Made by a program: the position numbers and the translations under genes. The notes below the pieces were generated by a model, which did not search any database, was not told the DNA's origin, and saw only the letters and a program-made list of their open reading frames with translations. A DNA stretch of 64,000 nucleotides from an uncultured Chitinophagales bacterium. Lineage in GTDB: Bacteria; Bacteroidota; Bacteroidia; Chitinophagales; BACL12. The stretch spans positions 18,223-82,222 of the forward strand of contig CAZXBG010000001.1 in NCBI GenBank assembly GCA_964638865.1, given 5' to 3'. Position 1 is the first letter of the stretch; each line of letters starts with the position of its first letter. Below, piece by piece: positions 57,000 to 64,000 of the stretch.

Positions 57000-58532
57000 T
57001 TATCTTTCAGGGGTTGAAAAAAATAGTCCATGATTTCCTTCAAAAAGATCATCCAACATCTGATGTGTTTGATCATCATTTCGCATGCTGAAATGATTTG
57101 ATCCAATCATTTTCCTATCGTAACCGGGCAGTTCTTCAACCTGACCCAGACATTCACTTGCTGATTCAGTGAGCACTACACCATCTGACTCTTTAGATAT
57201 CCAATCATAATTTGCTAACGTTACGCAATCCGTATTTAAATCCTCTGTAACACAGGATCCATCGGGAGATGCGGGGTATTCCTCATCAAAAAGATCACCT
57301 AAAGGACCATCATCAAGGCAATAACATGTTTGTCCAACTTCTGTTAATTCATAGGCACCAATAAATCCTTTCCAATTTGTATTTGCATCAATGAACCAAT
57401 CATACCCTTCTTTATAAGCATCTCTGATTAAAACAGATTCTTCATAGTCGTCAGTAATATCCAAAGCGCAAAAAATAGTTAAATAACATCCAAATGTAGT
57501 GAGATCGAAACCATAAATAATATCAGAAAACACTTGAGCCAAATTATCGTATTCTATATATTTGGAATAATAAATATTGGTCATCACGTCCGCGTATTCT
57601 GCGAGTGTATTATCATCACCTGCACCAAATGGTTCTTCACCATAGGTAATCACATTATTGGGTTCGTGTCCGTCGAGTAAATGTACAAGGGTATTCCACA
57701 TTAATGGTTCGGTTTCAACTCCGTAGAAACAAACATAAGGAATTTCCGGTACAAATGCATTTAATTCTGCAATTTGTTCTGAACCCACCTCATAACTTTC
57801 TGTAATGCCTGAAAAATAATCTTTGAACAATACGGGGGCAATATTATTTTCCAAAGTGCCACAAAAAAAGTCGTTGAAATTTTCCATGGTGGTCGGGTTT
57901 AACAGGAGGTCGAGAAAAAAATTACTTTCTACAAATTCAGCAACTGGTCCGGCTGTCAAAGCATTGCAGGTTGACCCTGACCAGTCCATTAAATCTTCCT
58001 TATTATTGAGCACCCGCGCACCTTGATGGGAGGTTCCAAAGGTAACGAGACCACCGAAAGACCTTGGTTCCGGGCCCCATTCTCCGGTAAAATAGGAATA
58101 ATCTATTCTGCGAGAAACAATTCCACCCTGACTATGACCTATTATAATTGCATGGTCATCAGCCTCATCAATAGCCTCCAGATCGCTTCGCAATTCAGCA
58201 GCTGCAAAGGAGAGAGAAACATCGGCATAATCAGGCCTGCTGGAATTAATTTTATAGGTGGTGGCGGAATAAAGAGAAGCCTGACTCCAGCTAATTTCTA
58301 CAGTACCAGCCTCATCACCCTGCCCGCCGAGCCCATGAATAAAATATACCTCACGATCCGGGATCAATAGAGGCGAAGCCCAGATATCAGCAGTAAAATA
58401 AGTTGGATTAAATTCAAAAGGAATACTATTTCCAACTTCAATACTGTGATCAGGTACACAATCCAGACCCAATTGAGCAAAACAGTTTACATATATTAAA
58501 ACCGATAGAACGGGAACAATTATCTTTTTCAT
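57000..58532 (-). CDS. Secreted alpha/beta hydrolase (lipase/esterase-like) with a Cys-rich C-terminal region
   Basis: It has a signal peptide. The nucleophile elbow is IIIGHSQGG. A ..GSNHFS.. candidate catalytic His lies near the C-terminus. 510 aa. Confidence 0.65.
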   Translation of the reverse strand: MKKIIVPVLSVLIYVNCFAQLGLDCVPDHSIEVGNSIPFEFNPTYFTADIWASPLLIPDREVYFIHGLGGQGDEAGTVEISWSQASLYSATTYKINSSRPDYADVSLSFAAAELRSDLEAIDEADDHAIIIGHSQGGIVSRRIDYSYFTGEWGPEPRSFGGLVTFGTSHQGARVLNNKEDLMDWSGSTCNALTAGPVAEFVESNFFLDLLLNPTTMENFNDFFCGTLENNIAPVLFKDYFSGITESYEVGSEQIAELNAFVPEIPYVCFYGVETEPLMWNTLVHLLDGHEPNNVITYGEEPFGAGDDNTLAEYADVMTNIYYSKYIEYDNLAQVFSDIIYGFDLTTFGCYLTIFCALDITDDYEESVLIRDAYKEGYDWFIDANTNWKGFIGAYELTEVGQTCYCLDDGPLGDLFDEEYPASPDGSCVTEDLNTDCVTLANYDWISKESDGVVLTESASECLGQVEELPGYDRKMIGSNHFSMRNDDQTHQMLDDLFEGNHGLFFSTPER

Positions 58533-58553
58533 AATCTAAATTTTTAGGGTAAA

Positions 58554-59672
58554 TCAATTTTTTACAAAGGATTCGGAATAATTCACCGAAACCCCAATCA
58601 GCTTTATAATATAAATACCTTTTTCAAAGGAATTGATATTGATATTAAACTCGGTTACGCCATTCATAATTGAATTTTCCAGTATTTGTCTCCCAGTATT
58701 ATCAAAAATGTATAATTTGAGTTCTGACGAGTTTGCCGGGAGCACAATCTTTATATAATTATATGCAGGATTTGGAGCTAAGGATATTCTGTCCTCAATT
58801 ACCGTTTCCTCTTCCTCTTCCGCAAATTTTCCCGGACCATAATTTGTAATTGTATAACTTGGATACTCCACAATTTTATATTCTTGCACACAATTTACCG
58901 GGAAACGGTCATCCCATTTTTTTTCGATACTATACGATGGTACTACCTTTCCTGCCGCATTCAAACGAAAACCCTTTTTAACGGAATAATTAAAAGAGCC
59001 ATCACTGCGATACATGATCATCTCATTGGATCTTTTAGAATTATTAAATATAAGCTCCATGGAATCTTTTACAAATTTTAAATATCCCGAACCAAGATTG
59101 GAATAAATAAATCCCGAATCGAGCATTTCCTGTTTCAGAGTAGCCGTTAACTGTATAAAGTCAGGTACCAAATCAACACTGTGTGCAGTAAGGTAATTTT
59201 TAAGTACACTGTAATTACTTTTGTACATATTACTGTGCAACTTGTTTAATATTAAATTACCAAATCGATCGTAAACCTTTATCCGTGACTTATCTATAAT
59301 TGTTTTTACAGGTTTTGTCATCCAGGCTTCATACTGATAATTTTCTAAGTGATAAATGGTGGTCTTTAGATCATTATTCGTGTAAACTAAATGCACGATA
59401 CTATCCGTAGTTATCTCCGGCATTAAATTTACTTTTTCTGTAATCGAAAATGCACTCAGGGAATCTGAGATGAGATAATACACCTTAGAATCCTTGACGA
59501 AATTAATAGAACTTTTAATGGTGCCCTGGCCTTCTGCAATTTTAAATTGCAAGAGGATAAAAATGAGCAATAAAAAAAAAGTTTTAATTTTTTCGGGTGG
59601 GTACCGCAAAATAAATTTTAAATTGCGATTCGCCGGGTGGCCTGCATGCAGACCAATAACAATTGATTTCAT
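58554..59672 (-). CDS. T9SS cargo protein of unknown function
   Basis: The C-terminal CTD is ISLAPNPAYNYIKIVL....FEKGIYIIKL. The start codon is uncertain because the N-terminus before the hydrophobic segment is unusually long. Confidence 0.6.
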   Translation of the reverse strand: MKSIVIGLHAGHPANRNLKFILRYPPEKIKTFFLLLIFILLQFKIAEGQGTIKSSINFVKDSKVYYLISDSLSAFSITEKVNLMPEITTDSIVHLVYTNNDLKTTIYHLENYQYEAWMTKPVKTIIDKSRIKVYDRFGNLILNKLHSNMYKSNYSVLKNYLTAHSVDLVPDFIQLTATLKQEMLDSGFIYSNLGSGYLKFVKDSMELIFNNSKRSNEMIMYRSDGSFNYSVKKGFRLNAAGKVVPSYSIEKKWDDRFPVNCVQEYKIVEYPSYTITNYGPGKFAEEEEETVIEDRISLAPNPAYNYIKIVLPANSSELKLYIFDNTGRQILENSIMNGVTEFNININSFEKGIYIIKLIGVSVNYSESFVKN

Positions 59673-59880
59673 TTAATTGAATTTTAGGGTTAAACAATTA
59701 ATTGCAAGGCTAAAATGTTTTTTTTAGAAAAACAAATTTTTTTGAAAGTATTTTTTTAATGCAGACAGGGCAAGTGTGTAGTCGATTTAAAAATATTGAG
59801 CAGAAAAATATTTTCACTTATTATCCTACAAATTGAAAATGACATACTAAAAAAATGTGTTTCCTCCTTCCTTTTGCTCC

Positions 59881-60096
59881 TCACTCCTTCTCGTCAGCTC
59901 CGGAATCCAACTCCTTTAAAATTTTATTTACATCTTCCTCAGTAGAAGTGAGTTTGGCTTTGCAAATCTTTATAAGCAGTGCGGCGCGTTTTACCTTTTC
60001 AGACAATTCGTCAACAGATATTTCGCCGTCCTCAATTTCTGCAACTATTGTTTGCAGTTCTTCGAATGCCTCGGTATAATCCATTTTTTCTTTCAT
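59881..60096 (-). CDS. xseB: Exodeoxyribonuclease VII small subunit
   Basis: 71 aa, ..YTEAFEELQTIV.EIE.GEISVDELSEKVKRA..L...C. It has a 4-nt overlap with xseA. Confidence 0.9.
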   Translation of the reverse strand: MKEKMDYTEAFEELQTIVAEIEDGEISVDELSEKVKRAALLIKICKAKLTSTEEDVNKILKELDSGADEKE

Positions 60097-61496
60097 GTTG
60101 TTTCCTTTTCCTTTATGGTATTAACTGTACTATTTATCTCCCCGGTCAAAATTATCGTTTTTATTTCATCTCCCGTCTTTAGATCTGAAACATTGCTAAT
60201 TGATTTTCCATTGAACATTGTAATACTATAACCCCGTTGTAACACTTTCTCCGGACTCATATTTGTTATGTTTTTTTGAATATGTTCCATTTCCAGATTA
60301 TTATTTTTTAGGAATCCCGTTGAGGTACTTCTTATTCTTTCTGTTAAACTTTCAATATTCAATACAGAGGTTTTACAAAAAACAATTGCATCCTTTTGAA
60401 TATCAGCAATAATTTTTAACAATGATGATCGTTCATTTTTAAACATAAACCCGGATTGCTGTACTATACTTTGTATTTGTTCTTTTATAATACTTTTATT
60501 GTAAAGGAGTTTATTTTCCACTACCGACCTGAACAATTGTGTATAGGATCTCAGTTTTATGTTTTGATCAGATAATAATTGTTGTGATTCATCAATTATT
60601 ATATCCTGTGCCTGTTGTACCGGAACTGCAAAATTATGAAATTTCTGCAAAAGGTATTCCGCTATCTTAGTTGGAGTTATTGCATTTTCGTAGGAGATCA
60701 TTTCAGATACCGTGAGATTTGTTGCATGCCCAATACCTGTAATAACCGGAAGTGGGAATAACGCAATTTCTTTTGCAAGTATATAATTATTATAACAGGA
60801 TAAACCCACATCACCACCACCGCCACGGATAATAGCAACTACGTCAAAATGTTGTTTCACCTTTTTAATGCTGGCCAACTGTCGGGTAATCGAAGGGATC
60901 GCTTTTTCACCTTGCAGTACAGAAGGAAACAGCATGTGAAAAAATGTGTAATTCCAATTATTGGATTCTATCACTTTAATAAAATCGGCATATCCTTTAC
61001 TCGTTTCCACAGAAATAACTGCAATGCGTTTAGGCAACAATGGCAGACTCCTTTTTTTGTTTTGATCAAAAATTCCTTCCAGTTGCAATCGCTGAATTGT
61101 TGCCTGTTTTTCCTTTTCCAAATCGCCCAAAGTATAACTTGCATCAATGTCTAAAATTCTAAGTGACAATCCGTGAACGGGATCAAAAGTAATATTGGCA
61201 AGAAATAATATTTTAATACCATCTTTTAAAGGTTCCTGCAAAATTTTTAAGAAGGCGTTATTTATTCTTACATAGTCGTCTTTCCACAATACAGACCGAA
61301 TTTGTGCCACCACTTTTTCGCCTTGTTTTTCAACCAGTTCGGGATAACAATGGCCGGAGTGGCGATACAAATTTAGTTTATTCATTTCCGCCTTTACCCA
61401 AAAATCTGTTTTGTAGCGCTCAGCTAAGGTTTTTTGGATGCTTTTGGTAACCTCAAGCAGGGAGAAAATAGTTTTGTTATTGATGGTCTCTGACAT
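60093..61496 (-). CDS. xseA: Exodeoxyribonuclease VII large subunit
   Basis: 467 aa. The OB-fold N-terminus is ..FWVKAE......HSGHCY..L. The catalytic region is ..IIRGGGG..DL..FN... The C-terminus is coiled-coil. Confidence 0.92.
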   Translation of the reverse strand: MSETINNKTIFSLLEVTKSIQKTLAERYKTDFWVKAEMNKLNLYRHSGHCYPELVEKQGEKVVAQIRSVLWKDDYVRINNAFLKILQEPLKDGIKILFLANITFDPVHGLSLRILDIDASYTLGDLEKEKQATIQRLQLEGIFDQNKKRSLPLLPKRIAVISVETSKGYADFIKVIESNNWNYTFFHMLFPSVLQGEKAIPSITRQLASIKKVKQHFDVVAIIRGGGGDVGLSCYNNYILAKEIALFPLPVITGIGHATNLTVSEMISYENAITPTKIAEYLLQKFHNFAVPVQQAQDIIIDESQQLLSDQNIKLRSYTQLFRSVVENKLLYNKSIIKEQIQSIVQQSGFMFKNERSSLLKIIADIQKDAIVFCKTSVLNIESLTERIRSTSTGFLKNNNLEMEHIQKNITNMSPEKVLQRGYSITMFNGKSISNVSDLKTGDEIKTIILTGEINSTVNTIKEKETT

Positions 61497-61590
61497 TTGG
61501 ATTTGTATTAACCTTAAAGGAAAATATTTTTGGGGGAATAAAAGTAGTTCTAAAATTTAATTAAACCCAACTTCATCAAATAATTACCCT

Positions 61591-61644
61591 AAAATGCAAC
61601 TCCGACCCTATCATCTCGATTCGTTTCAACCGGAGTTGTATTTT
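61591..61644. other. 14-bp inverted repeat (one G.T pair) with a 26-nt spacer in the birA-xseA intergenic region
   Basis: AAAATGCAACTCCG (61591-61604) pairs with CGGAGTTGTATTTT (61631-61644). No clean U-tract follows on the minus strand. Confidence 0.4.
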
Positions 61645-61674
61645 AGTTATATTATTATAAATATCAACCTGTTT

Positions 61675-62481
61675 TCAGGTAAATAAAAATTTTATTTCTT
61701 TCACTTCATATTCACGTCTTTCACCATCGCCTTCCAGGTTTAATAATCCATCCTCACCTACTCCAATTATTTTTCCGGAAATTTTATTTCCATCCACCAT
61801 AAAAATTCTATCCTCCCTAAAACCGAATAAATATTTATGATATAATTGATTAATTTCCTTAAATTTTAATCCCCGCAGCATAAAATAATATTTTTCAAGC
61901 ATGCTGCACAAAATTGCAAGAGTTTCAGAAATATCTATTGTAATCCCACTAATTTCTCCTAATGAAATTGCACGCAGTTTTTTATCCGATTTGAATTCCT
62001 GATTCACATTTATCCCGATCCCAACGACACTATTTTCGATGCCATTTGCCCTAAATGTATTTTCCATCAAAATACCGGCAATCTTTCTATCACCCACCAA
62101 AATGTCATTCGGCCATTTAATTGAAGTAATTTGTTTCTGATTGGGTTGCATTTGCAAACAATGGTCCACACAATCTCTTACCGCGAGCGCAACAGCTTTA
62201 TTGAAGTAGAATATTTGTTTAGGATCGAGAAAAGTGGGTACGAACAAAAAACTCGCAGTGATGTTTTTTCCAGCCTCGCCTTTCCAGGAAGCACCGAGTT
62301 GACCTTTACCGGCAAATTGTTCATCTGCAAATACCAATAATCCTTCATTAGGGCGTTTATCTCCGGTTAATAGATTTTTGAGATAGGTATTCGTGCTGTT
62401 AATACGGTCGAGGTGTATCAGCTCCTTTCCGAGAAAAACCGTATTTTCAAGTGCCTGCAAAAGAATTCGTAACTTTGCCAT
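61675..62481 (-). CDS. birA: Biotin--[acetyl-CoA-carboxylase] ligase (class I, no HTH)
   Basis: ..STN.........G..V.A..Q..GKGQLG..W.. and ..KWPNDIL...RKIAGIL.E. Confidence 0.88.
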   Translation of the reverse strand: MAKLRILLQALENTVFLGKELIHLDRINSTNTYLKNLLTGDKRPNEGLLVFADEQFAGKGQLGASWKGEAGKNITASFLFVPTFLDPKQIFYFNKAVALAVRDCVDHCLQMQPNQKQITSIKWPNDILVGDRKIAGILMENTFRANGIENSVVGIGINVNQEFKSDKKLRAISLGEISGITIDISETLAILCSMLEKYYFMLRGLKFKEINQLYHKYLFGFREDRIFMVDGNKISGKIIGVGEDGLLNLEGDGERREYEVKEIKFLFT

Positions 62482-62495
62482 TCATTACAAAGTAA

Positions 62496-62870
62496 GTGAG
62501 AAAAAAAACAAAGAAATTAGAGGAGGCACAATATTCGTTGACCGATAGCGTCATTGAAAGTATTCAGGATAAAAAGGGTGAAAATATCGTTCATCTTGAT
62601 CTTAGCAGCCTAAATGATGCTGCAACTGATCATTTTATCATTTGCCACGCGGATTCAACAACGCAAGTTAGAGCTATAGCAAACCATATTGTAGAAAATG
62701 TGTTTGAGCTTACAGGCATGAAACCTTTAGGTAAAGAAGGTTTTGAAAATTGTGAATGGGTATTAGTGGATTATATGAATGTTGTTGTTCATGTTTTTTA
62801 CCGCGAAACCCGTAATTTTTATCAGTTGGAAGAGCTTTGGCACGATGCACAAGTTAAAAAAGTAAGTTAA
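62496..62870 (+). CDS. rsfS: Ribosomal silencing factor RsfS
   Basis: 124 aa (GTG start), ..DKKGENIVHLDL......TDHFIICHADS..QV.AIA..I........G.E......W.L.DY..VVVH.F....R..Y.LE.LW. Confidence 0.85.
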   Translation: MRKKTKKLEEAQYSLTDSVIESIQDKKGENIVHLDLSSLNDAATDHFIICHADSTTQVRAIANHIVENVFELTGMKPLGKEGFENCEWVLVDYMNVVVHVFYRETRNFYQLEELWHDAQVKKVS

Positions 62871-62888
62871 AAGAGCATAAAAATTTCG

Positions 62889-64000
62889 ATGAGTACAGAA
62901 CAAAACAACCAAAACAGGAACAAACAGAATCCTCAAAAGAAGTTCAATTTCTATTGGATCTACGCAGTAATTGCTGCAATATTAATTGCTTTCATGTATT
63001 TTCCGTTTGAGGGAAACCCGGTGGAGTTAAAGGACATTAAAAAGTTCAATACGGAAATGTTGCAGAAAGGCGATGTAAACCGCATTGTTATCGTGAATAA
63101 CGACTATGCCGAGATCTACATCAAGGCAGACCGGCTCACATCCGAACCTTATAAAAAGGACAAGGTTCCGGAAAAAGGGGCGCAATATAAATACAAGGTG
63201 ACTACACCTGACGCCTTTATCAATCAATTAAACGAATGGCAGGCGAGTTGGACGGAAGAAAATAAGCTTCAACCTGAAAGCGAAGAGCGCACTAATGTGC
63301 TTATGAGTCTTTTGAGTTGGATATTGCCTTTTGTGCTGATTTTGGGTATATGGATATTTATTATGCGCAGAGTTACCGGTGGCGGTGGCATGGGTGGAGG
63401 CGGACAGATATTCAATATTGGGAAGTCGAAGGCGAATCTCTACGATAAAGACACCAAGGTAAATGTGACATTTAACGATGTTGCGGGATTGGATGAGGCA
63501 AAAGAAGAAGTAATGGAAGTGGTGGATTTTCTCAAAAATCCTAAAAAATATACCGCATTGGGTGGTAAAATTCCGAAAGGGGTGCTTTTGGTTGGTAGTC
63601 CGGGAACGGGCAAAACTTTATTAGCTAAAGCTATGGCGGGTGAAGCACAGGTGCCGTTTTTCAGTATTTCCGGTTCCGATTTCGTGGAAATGTTTGTGGG
63701 AGTAGGTGCCAGCCGTGTGCGTGACCTCTTCAAGCAGGCTCGTGAAAAGGCGCCTTGTATCATTTTTATTGATGAAATTGACGCAATAGGACGCGCCAGA
63801 GGCAAAAATATGATTCAGAGCAATGATGAGCGCGAGAACACGCTCAATCAATTGTTGGTGGAAATGGATGGCTTTGGAACCGACAAGGGCGTAATTATTC
63901 TCGCCGCCACGAACCGTCCCGATGTTTTGGACCCTGCTTTGTTGCGTCCGGGCCGTTTTGACAGGCAAATCTCTATCGACAAACCGGATCTTGCCGGCCG
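62889..64000 (+). CDS. ftsH: ATP-dependent zinc metalloprotease FtsH (5' part; continues past the window end)
   Basis: Not in the track because there is no stop. My hand translation from ATG 62889 shows an N-terminal TM, a periplasmic region and a second TM. These are followed by ..[84 protein letters not shown].....[10 protein letters not shown]. Confidence 0.95.
   Translation, partial: MSTEQNNQNRNKQNPQKKFNFYWIYAVIAAILIAFMYFPFEGNPVELKDIKKFNTEMLQKGDVNRIVIVNNDYAEIYIKADRLTSEPYKKDKVPEKGAQYKYKVTTPDAFINQLNEWQASWTEENKLQPESEERTNVLMSLLSWILPFVLILGIWIFIMRRVTGGGGMGGGGQIFNIGKSKANLYDKDTKVNVTFNDVAGLDEAKEEVMEVVDFLKNPKKYTALGGKIPKGVLLVGSPGTGKTLLAKAMAGEAQVPFFSISGSDFVEMFVGVGASRVRDLFKQAREKAPCIIFIDEIDAIGRARGKNMIQSNDERENTLNQLLVEMDGFGTDKGVIILAATNRPDVLDPALLRPGRFDRQISIDKPDLAG

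Noticed and set aside
55745-57106. The full-length 453-aa version of the propeller ORF, which overlaps the upstream hydrolase gene by 107 nt.
   Set aside because: The internal Met at 56998 gives a classical lipoprotein signal (MKMFSIIFNCLILLLCGC) and removes the overlap. The N-terminal 36 residues of the long form have no signal character.

Overview
This is a visibly AT-rich chromosomal segment of Bacteroidota type. The evidence is many Por/T9SS C-terminal sorting domains, TAnnTTTG-like promoter boxes, no tuf gene between fusA and rpsJ, and no adk gene after secY.

Layout:
- **1278-19063, minus strand:** a complete, tightly packed str-S10-spc-alpha ribosomal supercluster of 33 genes, from rpsL to rplQ. 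It includes rpmJ and rpmD, which are too short for the supplied ORF track.
- **Both borders of that cluster** abut gene remnants. On the left is a TonB-dependent receptor cut off after its plug domain. On the right is an N-terminally truncated chimeric ORF carrying two T9SS sorting domains.
- **The remaining ~45 kb** mixes housekeeping genes (pepP, purS, rsmI, purD, metF, xseAB, birA, rsfS, ftsH with its 3' end running off the window) with three other groups: a TetR-headed fatty-acid beta-oxidation operon, a dense set of T9SS cargo genes including a 1435-aa mosaic surface protein, and small accessory items (a protein-glutaminase homologue and a PIN toxin-antitoxin pair with an in-frame TGA).

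I found no rRNA, tRNA, CRISPR array, transposase or integrase. I do not see a convincing new multi-gene defence-type system.

The most unusual things I can support from the sequence are:
1. A perfect (GTCCCGT)7-8 array, G-quadruplex-type on the mRNA strand, with a C-rich partner. Together they bracket a four-helix-bundle (23S-IVS protein family) ORF wedged inside the fad operon.
2. An in-frame fusion of a DnaJ J-domain to a CDP-alcohol phosphatidyltransferase (PssA-like).
3. A tightly coupled operon of T9SS protein, alpha/beta hydrolase, BamB-like propeller lipoprotein and small beta-barrel.
4. Several decayed or chimeric genes.
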